Assembly (NCBI GenBank): GCA_963422735.1
Contig: OY730476.1
Span: 896,001 to 960,000 of the forward strand
Source of the DNA: Candidatus Latescibacterota bacterium
Lineage (GTDB): Bacteria; Latescibacterota; UBA2968; UBA8231
Direction of reading: 5' to 3'
Length of the DNA: 64,000 bases
The stretch's first letter is position 1. Each line of letters begins with the position of its first letter. Below are positions 9,545 to 19,265 of the stretch, in pieces. The translations under genes were made by a program, and so were the position numbers. The notes below the pieces were generated by a model, which saw only the letters and a list, made by a program, of their open reading frames with translations, was not told the DNA's origin and searched no databases.

Positions 9545-10582
9545 TTGCTCACCCTGTACGTCACCGAACCGGCCGCCGTCGTCCGCCGCTCGGCCGGCTC
9601 CATCATCGTCACGCTCGACAAAGACCCCGACGGGTCGGGACCGCTGCCCGAGCGTCGCCGCCGCTTAATTGAGGTTGAGCCGCACCGCCTAGAGCTGATC
9701 GCGCTGGTGGGCCGTGCCCACATCACCTTAGACGCGACGCGGCTCTGCTTAGAGCAGGGCATTGCGATCGCTTGGTTTCGCAGGAACGGCGACTTCGTGG
9801 GTCGGCTCGTTCCGGAGCTATCGCGCACGGCAGATCTCCGCTTGGCCCAGTTTCGCCTAGCCGACGACGAGCGCCAAGCACTGCCGCTGGCCCAGACTTT
9901 TGTCGCGGCCAAACTCCACAATGCCGTAGGCGTACTCGCGGCCCTGCGCTCCAACCGCCGCAACGAGCCGACCTTGGGCCGCGCCATAACCGAACTCAAG
10001 GCCCTAGCCGCCAAGGTTTCCCAAACCTCTACCCGCGAGGTCTTGCTCGGGTTTGAAGGCGACGCCGCCCGCCGCTATTTCTCGGGCCTCAAAATCGGCT
10101 TCACCAGCGACATCCGCTTTACCGGCCGGGTCCGCCGGCCGCCGCCGGACCCGGCCAACGCCCTGCTCTCGTTTGGCTATGTGCTGTTGGCCAATGCCCT
10201 CGCCAGCCTGTTGGAGGCCCGCGGCTTTGACCCGTATCTCGGCTTCATGCACGTGGTGCGTTCTGGTCGGCCCAGCTTGTCCCTCGACCTGCTCGAAGAG
10301 CTGCGGCATCCGGTCGTCGATCGCTTTGTCTTGCGGGCCTGCAACTTGCGCCAACTGCGGCCCACGCACTTTGAGGCTGATCCAAAGCGGGGCGGCGTAC
10401 GGCTTACGCAAGCTGGATTGCGTATTTTCTTTTCTATTTGGGAAACGTTTATGGATACTCCCCTACCTGGAATTGGAGACAACATTTCGCCGGAAGACTT
10501 GATCCGCCGTCAGGCCGACCGCCTAGCCGATCATGTGCGTGGACGCGAGCCATACCAGCCCTTGCTTCTGCGCCGCGTATAA
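9545..10582 (+). CDS. cas1: Cas1 integrase
   Basis: LLGFEGDAARRYF, RRPPPDPANALLSFGY, DPYLGFMH, LDLLEELR; TTG start after TAAGGAG. Confidence 0.96.
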   Translation: MLTLYVTEPAAVVRRSAGSIIVTLDKDPDGSGPLPERRRRLIEVEPHRLELIALVGRAHITLDATRLCLEQGIAIAWFRRNGDFVGRLVPELSRTADLRLAQFRLADDERQALPLAQTFVAAKLHNAVGVLAALRSNRRNEPTLGRAITELKALAAKVSQTSTREVLLGFEGDAARRYFSGLKIGFTSDIRFTGRVRRPPPDPANALLSFGYVLLANALASLLEARGFDPYLGFMHVVRSGRPSLSLDLLEELRHPVVDRFVLRACNLRQLRPTHFEADPKRGGVRLTQAGLRIFFSIWETFMDTPLPGIGDNISPEDLIRRQADRLADHVRGREPYQPLLLRRV

Positions 10583-10593
10583 GGAGCGTTGCT

Positions 10594-10881
10594 ATGTCTC
10601 ATTATGTCGTCTGCTACGATGTGGTCGATAACCGCCGCCGCTACAAGGTGGCCGCTTGTCTGGATGCCTATGGCGACCGCGTACAGGACAGCGTGTTTGA
10701 ACTGCCGATTGATCGGGCGTTTTTGGACAAGTGCATCGCCGAACTGGCAGGTTTGATCGATGCGGACAAAGACAACATCGCCGTCTATCGCCTCTGCGCT
10801 GCTTGCGCGACCGAGCGTTTCTATCTTGGGACGGGCGAAGAGGCCATGCGCATCGGAGATGAGAAGGTCTTTATTGCCTGA
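10594..10881 (+). CDS. cas2: Cas2
   Basis: YVVCYDV..RRRYKVA..GDRVQDSVFE; AAGGAG RBS. Confidence 0.95.
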   Translation: MSHYVVCYDVVDNRRRYKVAACLDAYGDRVQDSVFELPIDRAFLDKCIAELAGLIDADKDNIAVYRLCAACATERFYLGTGEEAMRIGDEKVFIA

Positions 10882-11078
10882 GTGTCATTCGTAACCATTG
10901 CTCCCTCCACAAACGAGCGGAGGTTACGAATTTGACTAACCCGTTGAATTTCTTACTTTTATGCTTCACGCACTCACACGGACGCCACCTTGGCAATCAG
11001 CTTTTGCACTTCCACCCACTGGGTTACGAAAAACGTCCCAGCAAAGCCTTGTGAGACAGGCAGATAGCTGGCACAGGG
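10882..11078 (+). promoter_or_regulatory. CRISPR leader
   Basis: Non-coding, lower-GC stretch between cas2 and the first repeat; TTGACT-N16-TACTTT at 10932-10959; repeated GGTTACGAA motif. Confidence 0.7.
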
Positions 11079-12124
11079 GTGTGAAGTGCTGCCCCGCTTA
11101 TCAGGGGATTGAAACGAGAGAAGAGTCAGTTTCTCTCTCCACCGCGGAGTGGTGTGTGAAGTGCTGCCCCGCTTATCAGGGGATTGAAACGGATAGGGCG
11201 GCGTGCTCAATGACGTTCGTCATGCCATGCCCGGTGTGAAGTGCTGCCCCGCTTATCAGGGGATTGAAACTCAAGCTCAAGCCGAAAATCAAGGCGTTTG
11301 ACCTTAACCACTTCAGTGTGAAGTGCTGCCCCGCTTATCAGGGGATTGAAACTCTGCAATAGCCTCCCAGTCTTTTGTTCCCAGTGCTAGGGTTCGTGTG
11401 AAGTGCTGCCCCGCTTATCAGGGGATTGAAACCGGAAACTTCGCGTCGTTGGCCAACGCCAACGCCAGGGCGGTGTGAAGTGCTGCCCCGCTTATCAGGG
11501 GATTGAAACGAGAGCTTCCTGACGCTCGGCGTTATCGCGAACTTCGTGTGAAGTGCTGCCCCGCTTATCAGGGGATTGAAACCTACTAATGCCGGATCTT
11601 TCAATCCAGCAAGAAATTCGTGTGTGAAGTGCTGCCCCGCTTATCAGGGGATTGAAACTGGCGGCCCATCAGATATAGAATCCGCGAGTGAAAAATCGGT
11701 GTGAAGTGCTGCCCCGCTTATCAGGGGATTGAAACCTCCTCGGGGTCGGCCAGGTAACGGACTTCGTCGCCGCGGTGTGAAGTGCTGCCCCGCTTATCAG
11801 GGGATTGAAACTTGATATCGCCGGCTTGCTCGGAATCGATTTCAAGCGCGCGGTGTGAAGTGCTGCCCCGCTTATCAGGGGATTGAAACATACTGTGCGT
11901 TGTTCATCTGTGTGCTCCCTTGCGTTGGGTTGGGTGTGAAGTGCTGCCCCGCTTATCAGGGGATTGAAACCTTATCTTGTCTTCGCTCCATAATTCCAGG
12001 CAAGCTTTCCGTGTGAAGTGCTGCCCCGCTTATCAGGGGATTGAAACCTTATCTTGTCTTCGCTCCATAATTCCAGGCAAGCTTTCCGTGTGAAGTGCTG
12101 CCCCGCTTATCAGGGGATTGAAAC
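11079..12124 (+). CRISPR. CRISPR array: 14 identical 37-bp repeats GTGTGAAGTGCTGCCCCGCTTATCAGGGGATTGAAAC, 13 spacers of 36-45 bp
   Basis: Repeats start at 11079, 11154, 11234, 11316, 11396, 11473, 11546, 11622, 11699, 11775, 11853, 11934, 12011, 12088; CCCC/GGGG stem; 3' ATTGAAAC handle gives orientation. Confidence 0.99.
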
Positions 12125-12186
12125 AAAACCGTAGAGGCCGCCCCTATGGCTACCCTAACCATTCCTTTTCTTGTAACTTCCCCTTT

Positions 12187-13023
12187 ATGGATTGGCGCGA
12201 CTTCCTCAAATTCCTGCTCTCTGGTGTTCAGATAAAAGCGTGGCAACTACGGCTGGAAACGCCCGAAGTCCAAGCGACTACGCCGATGTTGCGGGGCGTC
12301 TGGGGACGGGCATTGCGGCATTTGGACGAGAAAGCGTATCGACGGGTATTCACCGGCGACCCACTAGGGCACCGGCGCATCCTCCGCTACATCCTGCGGC
12401 CGGCACCGCCCGACCCAGCCACCGCACCGGCCATTGAGTGGATCCTGCTCGGCGTAGAAGAGCACTTAGAGGACGTGTTATGGCGGGCTTGGGATGTGGC
12501 GGCCGGCATGGGGCTGGGGCCGCAGCGCGTACCATTCCGCATCCGAGCGCGGCTGCCGCTGGGCGCAGACTGCTGGAACCTAGCCGCTGCAGACTGGCCC
12601 CTGCCCGGCTGTCCGGCCACCACCCCCTGCCGCCTCCATTTCCCTACCTCCGTGCGCTTGCTCCGCCGCGGACACCTACTCACCGCTCCCAATGCAGAGG
12701 ACCTAGCCAAAGCGGCTGTGCGCCGCATCGCCGGGCTAGCGGGCATAACCGGTGGAGCCGATTATAGCTACTTAATACAGGCCGTCAGTCAACAGGCCGC
12801 CGGCCTAGAAGCCGCCCTTTGGCGCGGGCAGCGGCTCGACTTTGTGCGCTGGTCCGCTAGCCAACAGCGAGAGCTGAACATGCACGGCGTGGCCGGCGAT
12901 TTAAGTCTTCCGACCGGCCTCGGCCCACTCTGGCCGTTATTCGCCGCCGCTTGCTGGACCCACATTGGCAAAGGCACGATCTTTGGGCTAGGCCAACTAC
13001 ACATCACAAAAAATGGCGAGTAA
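12187..13023 (+). CDS. cas6: Cas6 crRNA-processing endoribonuclease
   Basis: MLRGVWGRAL near the N-terminus, C-terminal G-rich loop HIGKGTIFGLG, position next to the array. Confidence 0.88.
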   Translation: MDWRDFLKFLLSGVQIKAWQLRLETPEVQATTPMLRGVWGRALRHLDEKAYRRVFTGDPLGHRRILRYILRPAPPDPATAPAIEWILLGVEEHLEDVLWRAWDVAAGMGLGPQRVPFRIRARLPLGADCWNLAAADWPLPGCPATTPCRLHFPTSVRLLRRGHLLTAPNAEDLAKAAVRRIAGLAGITGGADYSYLIQAVSQQAAGLEAALWRGQRLDFVRWSASQQRELNMHGVAGDLSLPTGLGPLWPLFAAACWTHIGKGTIFGLGQLHITKNGE

Positions 13024-13096
13024 AGAGCAGCCCCTTGCTGAAGAAGGAACCTCTCTACTCGCCATCTTTTAATGCATTGCGTACCGGCCGCGCTGC

Positions 13097-14284
13097 CTAT
13101 ATAACCCCCCCAGCCCGCAGCTGTTCCATCTCCCCTTGCGTCAGCCCCAAGACGCCGCTTAAGACCTCTTCAGTGTGCTGCCCCAACAAAGGCGCTGACC
13201 CGCGCAGCTCGACCGGCGTCGCGGAAAACCGCAGCGGCGAGTTGGCCACTGCTTGCCGACCCGCGACCGGGTGCTCCAGCTCGACGATCATCCCTCGCGC
13301 CGCCACCTGCTCATCGCCAAAGACCTGCCCCACATCGCACAACGGCCCGCTCGGTACGCCGACTGCAGCTAGTATGGAACACCATTCATCAACAGTTTTC
13401 TCAGCCAATACCCCCTCTAATACTGGCTCTAAGACTGCGTGATTCTCGGTGCGGAGCGCGTTGTTGGCAAAGCGTGGGTCGTCGGCCAACGCGCCGAGGC
13501 CCAAGGCGTCGCAGAGTTGGTGCCAGAGCCGGTCATTGCCCGCGGCAATGACGATGTACCCATCGCAGGCGGCGAAGAACTGGAAAGGGGTAATGGCCGG
13601 ATGCCGCGATCCGAGCGGCTTGGGCACTTCGCCGGATACGGCGTAGCGGGCGAGGGCGTTTTCCAGCAGTGCCACCTGACAGTCGAGCATGGAAATATCG
13701 ACTTGTTGCCCCTCGCCGGTGCGTCGCGCCCGCTCTAAGGCCGCGAGGATACCAATGGCCCCAAAGAGAGCCGCGCTCAAGTCGGCAATCGACGAGCCGA
13801 CCCGGACCGGCGGACCGTCGGGCTGCCCGGTGATGCTGGCCAGCCCCCCCATCGCCTGAATGAGCACGTCGTACGCAGGCCGCTGCGAGTACGGGCCGGT
13901 CTGGCCAAAACCCGAAATCGACGCATACACCAAGCGCGGATACAGCGCGTGTAGATCCGCGTACCCCAACCCAAAGCGATCCATGCTGCCGGGGCGAAAG
14001 TTTTCAATCAACACGTCGCACTCGCCGGCCAAACGCCGCGCCAAGTCCTGGCCCCGCACCTGCCGCAAGTCGATCGTCGCGCTCTTCTTGCCGCGGTTGA
14101 CGCTGGCAAAGTACGCACTCTCGCCGTTTTGGAACGGCCCGAACCCCCGCGCCTCGTCGCCTGTGCCCGGCAGCTCGACCTTGATCACTTCCGCGCCCAA
14201 GTCGGCCAACACCATGGACGCGTATGGACCGGCCAAGACCCGCGTCAAGTCGAGCACCCGCACGCCGTCCAATAAATGTTCCAT
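13097..14284 (-). CDS. CaiB/BaiF class III CoA-transferase
   Basis: LDGVRVLDLTRVLAGP, NRGKKS, ENFRPG, SISGFGQTGP, APLLGQHT. Confidence 0.93.
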   Translation of the reverse strand: MEHLLDGVRVLDLTRVLAGPYASMVLADLGAEVIKVELPGTGDEARGFGPFQNGESAYFASVNRGKKSATIDLRQVRGQDLARRLAGECDVLIENFRPGSMDRFGLGYADLHALYPRLVYASISGFGQTGPYSQRPAYDVLIQAMGGLASITGQPDGPPVRVGSSIADLSAALFGAIGILAALERARRTGEGQQVDISMLDCQVALLENALARYAVSGEVPKPLGSRHPAITPFQFFAACDGYIVIAAGNDRLWHQLCDALGLGALADDPRFANNALRTENHAVLEPVLEGVLAEKTVDEWCSILAAVGVPSGPLCDVGQVFGDEQVAARGMIVELEHPVAGRQAVANSPLRFSATPVELRGSAPLLGQHTEEVLSGVLGLTQGEMEQLRAGGVI

Positions 14285-14285
14285 C

Positions 14286-15992
14286 TCAACCTCCTTGGGG
14301 CGCGGCGAGCAAACCGGCCCCTTCGCCGGGCACGGCTACTGCTAGCTCCGGCTCACAGCCCAGCTCCGATCGCAACATCTTTGCAAATGCGGCGCGGCGT
14401 TCCCCATCTAAGAACGCACGGTGAACCAACCCGCCAATGTTGCCGCCCCAGCCAGCACCTAGCCGCTGCACGGCCCCCGCCGTTGGTCCCTCGGCAGTGA
14501 GAAACCGATTGACCGCACGCACGGTCCGATCATAGGCCGGCGTCATCCGTCCGTAGCCCCCTCGCAAAAAGCGCAGTTGCGCTCGCTCTTCCCCGCGCTC
14601 GGCTCGCTCTATAAGCTGAGCCAAGACCTCGTCTCCGACTTCCCGATCCAGATCGCCGTCGTGCGAAATGCGGATCAGTTCCAAAGCCGTGGCTATATCG
14701 CCCGCCTTGAGGCATTCGAGCATACCGGCCACCCGATCCTGCTCGGCCAAGCCATAAACACAGCGCCGGCGGATAAACAAAGGCGTGTCTTCGGACAGGA
14801 ACTGGAACTTGCCGGCAATATCCCGCTGGTACATTTCCTCAAAGTGCTCTCTGACCCCGGCAGCCTGCGCTTCCGCCGCAACCTGCGCCAGACTGGTCTT
14901 TTTCGGCATCTGACCCAAGACCCGGTACAGCCCGGGGAGCGATAGCCCCAGCGGCTCGGGCGCAATATCTCGGAGATAGCGGACGCGCTCGCACACGGCG
15001 TGACTTTTGCCCAGTCGCGGCAAAATCAGCTCGCGGGCGATAAATGTGCCGAGCGGATAGGCGATGACCGTCTCTTCCTTGACGGCCTCGTCGTATTTGC
15101 GGACGACGCCGCTGTCGAGCACTAGGGCTGCGTACTCGTCGGGCAACGCGGCCTCGCCTTGTACGCGAGCCGGAAAGACGCCGACGCCGACTAACTTGCC
15201 CGCCCGGCCCAAGATCATCCCTCCGTGGTCGGCCGTGCCGCCGTGCGTACCGCGCATCCACTCGGAGGTGCCTAACCCATCGACCAAGTCCGCTTCAGGC
15301 ATATCGAGGCGCGGCACCAATCCGTGAACCCCCATCGCCGCCAGCGCCGTTGCCACCACCAGTGCCGAGGACGAGCTCATGCCCCCGCTAGGCGAAACAT
15401 TGCTCCACACTAGCCCATCGAAGCCGCCCAAAGCCACGCGACCGCGAAAATAACTCTCCAAATACACGAGCTGCCCCGCGACCAGCACCGACCAATCGCT
15501 GGCCAAGGCACTACCCGTGTGCTCCAAGCGCTGGCGGCAAACTTGGCCCGCGTAATCCATCAGCGCCTGCCGCTCGGCCACGCGGGCCTTCGGTAGGATT
15601 TCCTCCAAGTCTAGCTCAATGGGCGCGAAGCGATCTACGGGCGCACCCGGACTACGCAGGAAGCTGGCCAGCCGCACCTGTCGGCTGGAGGCGGCCCGCG
15701 CCACCACCAACGTATCCGCGCCGCGCACGGCCATCCGCACCGAGGGCATGCCTCCGTAGTCAATGTGCATCCCCATGACGTTCATCTGCCCGGGGCAACG
15801 CGCCACTACCAAGCGGCCCCCGCAGCCGTAGCGAGCGGCAAAGTGCCGCAGGGCCTCCAAGTAGTTGGCCCGCCAAGCCGCCACCTGTTCCCGCCCGTAG
15901 ATCCTCCCTAACTCGCAGTCGAAGCAGCCCTGCTCAATGGCAGTCTCCCACTGGGATAGACTAGCTGTATAGGGATTGTTAGAGCGCACCAT
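14286..15992 (-). CDS. GHMP-family (galactokinase-like) kinase
   Basis: CPGQMNVMGMHIDY, SNVSPSGGMSSSSA, RLGAGWGG. Confidence 0.75.
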   Translation of the reverse strand: MVRSNNPYTASLSQWETAIEQGCFDCELGRIYGREQVAAWRANYLEALRHFAARYGCGGRLVVARCPGQMNVMGMHIDYGGMPSVRMAVRGADTLVVARAASSRQVRLASFLRSPGAPVDRFAPIELDLEEILPKARVAERQALMDYAGQVCRQRLEHTGSALASDWSVLVAGQLVYLESYFRGRVALGGFDGLVWSNVSPSGGMSSSSALVVATALAAMGVHGLVPRLDMPEADLVDGLGTSEWMRGTHGGTADHGGMILGRAGKLVGVGVFPARVQGEAALPDEYAALVLDSGVVRKYDEAVKEETVIAYPLGTFIARELILPRLGKSHAVCERVRYLRDIAPEPLGLSLPGLYRVLGQMPKKTSLAQVAAEAQAAGVREHFEEMYQRDIAGKFQFLSEDTPLFIRRRCVYGLAEQDRVAGMLECLKAGDIATALELIRISHDGDLDREVGDEVLAQLIERAERGEERAQLRFLRGGYGRMTPAYDRTVRAVNRFLTAEGPTAGAVQRLGAGWGGNIGGLVHRAFLDGERRAAFAKMLRSELGCEPELAVAVPGEGAGLLAAPQGG

Positions 15993-18231
15993 CCACGCTC
16001 AGAGAGATGCGACGCAAAGGGCGTATTTTGCGCTCGATCGTCGCGTAGTAATACTGCAGCGCATTGTCCACCCGCAGGTTGAGCCGCAGGGGGCCTAGCT
16101 GTCGGCTTAGCTGCACGTCGAGCAAGTAAATGGGCACATAGTCGCGCCCGCACTCGGCAAAGAGGCCGGATACTCGTTCAAAACGGCTGAGGTATTGGAA
16201 GTTTACCTGCCCACTCGTGGGGCCGCGCTCCCCTTCCAGACCCAGATTGAGGATGTGGCGCGACCGGTAGGGCAGCGGTGCCTGATCGCCGTAGTCGCCG
16301 TGGCAATAAGGCGGTAGCACTTGGTCCGCATCGAGAAACTCCACGCCATCAACCAAGGTATAAGCCGCCCTAGCCCCCAAGCCCAGCGGCAAGGCACCCA
16401 AGATCTCGCTTTCAAACCCGGCGACCCGCGCCCGCGCCAAGTTCAGGAAGCGAGCTACGGGCACGGCCCCATTGGCATAGGGGTCTGGACGCCCCTCAAT
16501 CAGCCCGCGGTACTCGTTCCAAAACAGGGCCATATCGAAGGCTAGCCACTTTGCCAGCCCCTGCTTAATCCCGACCTCGCTAGACCAAGCCTGTTCGGGA
16601 TCCAAGGCGGGGTTCGGGCAAACCCGGATACCAGAGGCCTCGGCCTGAGAAAAGACCTCAAATACCGAAGGCACGCGAAAGCCGCGGCCGAGCGAAGCCC
16701 GCAGCGCGGTCGCCTCGGACAGCCGATAGGAAAAGCCGACTTGGGGGCTAAATTCCCCAGTGCTTTTACTCTCGACCGGCGGTGCCCCGCACGGCCCGCC
16801 CGTCAGCCCAGCGGCCGCGGAGAGCCGACTCCAGTCGTAGCGCAACCCCACCGTCCACTCGGCCAGCGGACTGAGTTCGTACACGCCTTGGGCATAGCCA
16901 GATACGGTCATCAGGGAGCGCACGCCGAGGAAATCGCTGGGCGAGCGCACCAAATCGGCCGTCGAGGCCAGCCCCAGCGTCCAATTCCAACCGCGCAACC
17001 CCGTATAGTCGAACTGACCTTCGCCCGACAGCTTGTTACCTTCCGAGGCCAAGCTCCCAGCCGCCGCGTTGTTGGCAAAATCCGTGCGGTAATACCCCAG
17101 CTTGAACCGATAACCCAACTCGCTGCGTACCAAGTGGTAATACTCGGAATTGAGGTGCAGCTTCCACGAGGTGGTGTGGGCCGGGGCGTCGTTGGCGGGC
17201 ACGGCCAGCGGCTGGCTGCGGTCGCGCCACTGGACGAAGACCCCGTGGTCGTCCAGTGCCCAGTGGCCCATCACGCGCCAATAGCTCGTCGGCGAGAAGC
17301 GATGCACGGCCTTGGCGTAGAGATGATAGCGGCGGGCATCGCCGTTTTGGTGGTACCCCGTGCCCCGGTTGTGGCCCCCGCTCAGCGCCAAGCCGGTCCG
17401 GCTCCAGACCCGATTGTGGCTTATGTCAAACCCGAGAAAGTGCATGGGTTTATCGCTCCAGCGCCACTGGCGGTACGCTGGCTGACTATACAGCCCGCTG
17501 AGCAGCCGAAAGCGGGTGCCCGACGGACTCGCCGGATCGCGGGTCAGCACGTTGATTACACCGCCCAAGGCCCCCGTGCCGTACAGGGCCGAGCCAGCCC
17601 CTTTGACCACCTCCACGCGCTCGATTTGCTGCAGGGGCACGGCATCCCACTTAATGTCGCCCAAATCCGACGACAGCAGCGGAAATCCATCCACCAGCAT
17701 CAGCAACCGACTGCCCGTGCCGCGACTGAAGCCGCTCGACCCGCGGACGACGGGCTGGCTGCCTACTTGGCTGATGCCCGAGACATAGCGCAGGGGGCCG
17801 GTCAGCGAGAAGGCGTTGTGAGCGGCGATGCGCTCGGCATCAGCTACTGAGATGCTAATGGGGGCTTGGGCAAAGGTCTGGGAGCGGCGAGCAGCGGAAA
17901 CGACTAGCTCAGGGACTTCGACGGCCGTAGGTTCGAGGGAGACGACATGCTCCTCCTCCCCGGGCGCAATGCCGTGCAGGGTGTGCGAGCGATAGCCAAT
18001 ATGCGAACAAAGCAGATCGTAGCGGCCGGGAGGCAAGCCCTCGACCCGGCCGCGTCCCTCTTCGTTGGCGTAACTCCCAAATTCCGTCCCCAGCACCGCC
18101 AACGTCGCTCCGGGCAGCGGGGTTTGGTCGCCAGCGTCGAGGACGCGAACCGCGATATCAGCGGCCGAACTCGGCCAAGAGTTCAGCAGGCAAAACGCGC
18201 TCGCACAGAGCAGTGCTAAGCTCGGTCTCAT
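15979..18231 (-). CDS. TonB-dependent receptor with N-terminal carboxypeptidase-regulatory-like domain
   Basis: Signal peptide, LVVSAARR, IERVEVVKGAGSALYG..ALGGVINVLT, beta-barrel pattern; start uncertain (ORF open to 18276). Confidence 0.9.
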   Translation of the reverse strand: MRPSLALLCASAFCLLNSWPSSAADIAVRVLDAGDQTPLPGATLAVLGTEFGSYANEEGRGRVEGLPPGRYDLLCSHIGYRSHTLHGIAPGEEEHVVSLEPTAVEVPELVVSAARRSQTFAQAPISISVADAERIAAHNAFSLTGPLRYVSGISQVGSQPVVRGSSGFSRGTGSRLLMLVDGFPLLSSDLGDIKWDAVPLQQIERVEVVKGAGSALYGTGALGGVINVLTRDPASPSGTRFRLLSGLYSQPAYRQWRWSDKPMHFLGFDISHNRVWSRTGLALSGGHNRGTGYHQNGDARRYHLYAKAVHRFSPTSYWRVMGHWALDDHGVFVQWRDRSQPLAVPANDAPAHTTSWKLHLNSEYYHLVRSELGYRFKLGYYRTDFANNAAAGSLASEGNKLSGEGQFDYTGLRGWNWTLGLASTADLVRSPSDFLGVRSLMTVSGYAQGVYELSPLAEWTVGLRYDWSRLSAAAGLTGGPCGAPPVESKSTGEFSPQVGFSYRLSEATALRASLGRGFRVPSVFEVFSQAEASGIRVCPNPALDPEQAWSSEVGIKQGLAKWLAFDMALFWNEYRGLIEGRPDPYANGAVPVARFLNLARARVAGFESEILGALPLGLGARAAYTLVDGVEFLDADQVLPPYCHGDYGDQAPLPYRSRHILNLGLEGERGPTSGQVNFQYLSRFERVSGLFAECGRDYVPIYLLDVQLSRQLGPLRLNLRVDNALQYYYATIERKIRPLRRISLSVDGAL

Positions 18232-18670
18232 GGTCCAGCACAGCGAAATTGATCTCAATGTCGATACCGGTGGCAACCTCTCCGGGGCCGATTTCCACCG
18301 GCGCGGGGCGGTCGGCTTCGGGGAGATGATAGCAGCCCAAAAGCGAGGTAAAGTCCCAGAATTGGTCCTCCTCGCGCCAAGCCACGATAATCCACTGATA
18401 TAGGCCTTCCCCGTCTAAGGGAACGAAATAGTTATATGACTCGGCTCCGAGCACGACCTCGGTATCCCAGCCGTTGATTCTAAAAAAATCGGCAAGCGAA
18501 GCCGGTGGCTCGCGATAGACGGCCACGGCCACCTGTCCCACATTCGCGGGCCACTCGCCAACAAAGTGCAGCCGACCGGCGATTCCGGTCTGCCCGGTGG
18601 CCTCGGCATTGAGACCGCGATCGCAGCCCCAGCACAAGGCTAGGGCCGCGATCAAACGCCAACATCGCAC
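18158..18670 (-). CDS. Hypothetical lipoprotein
   Basis: Lipobox-like LALCWGC; lies in the operon upstream of the TonB receptor. Confidence 0.65.
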   Translation of the reverse strand: MRCWRLIAALALCWGCDRGLNAEATGQTGIAGRLHFVGEWPANVGQVAVAVYREPPASLADFFRINGWDTEVVLGAESYNYFVPLDGEGLYQWIIVAWREEDQFWDFTSLLGCYHLPEADRPAPVEIGPGEVATGIDIEINFAVLDHETELSTALCERVLPAELLAEFGR

Positions 18671-18676
18671 GGCCTA

Positions 18677-19192
18677 CTATCCAGCAGCCTCGGCAGCGGC
18701 AGCAGCGGCGGTAGCAGCAGCCGAGAGTTCGGCAACGTCAAATTCTGCGCCGTCAATGGCTATCGTCCCGGTGGCCGATAATTCGGTGCCCTCGATCGCG
18801 ATCGCCATATCGAGTACTAGTTCGGCTTCCTGCGATCCAGAAAGGGTCACCGTCCCACTCAACGGAACGGGCGTCTCGGTCACGCCGACGTTCAAGGTGC
18901 CGTTGATTATCAACGAGCCGTCGGGTGAGAAGTCCTGCAATGTCCATTCGTTGCCGGCGATTTCCACCGAGCCGCCGCCCTCCCCTTCCACCGACGTCCC
19001 ACCGACCGCCACGGCGAAGAAGACATTCTGAAAACTGGAAACCAGCGTACCGTACAGACCTACGACTTCAGGCGTTATCTCAGCCACCGGTTCCGGCTCC
19101 ACCGGCGTGGATTCGTCGTCGTCGCCACAAGCGGCCAGCATCAGAGCACTGCACAGGACTAGGGCCGTGGCTTTATCCAACCATTTGCACAT
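18677..19192 (-). CDS. Hypothetical acidic lipoprotein
   Basis: LMLAACGDDD lipobox; GGAGG RBS; poly-Ala tail. Confidence 0.75.
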   Translation of the reverse strand: MCKWLDKATALVLCSALMLAACGDDDESTPVEPEPVAEITPEVVGLYGTLVSSFQNVFFAVAVGGTSVEGEGGGSVEIAGNEWTLQDFSPDGSLIINGTLNVGVTETPVPLSGTVTLSGSQEAELVLDMAIAIEGTELSATGTIAIDGAEFDVAELSAAATAAAAAAEAAG

Positions 19193-19265
19193 GATACGAT
19201 CCTCCTAAAGGGATTAAGTGCGCCGAGCCGTGCCCAACGCACAGATTGTAAATAGGTTGCCCCGC

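Noticed and set aside
11433-11472. Spacer 5 partly resembles about 13478-13492 in the CoA-transferase gene (possible self-targeting)
   Set aside because: Only about 14 of 15 nt of GC-rich sequence match and the rest does not; chance level
12130-12155. GTAG-initiated REP-like palindrome after the last repeat
   Set aside because: Single imperfect copy with no partner seen
10961-12246. ORFs across the CRISPR array and the 12118 start for cas6
   Set aside because: They are translations of repeats and spacers; cas6 more plausibly starts at ATG 12187
16741-17850. 369-aa plus-strand ORF and many similar antisense ORFs
   Set aside because: Shadow frames of real genes in GC-rich DNA, with no motifs
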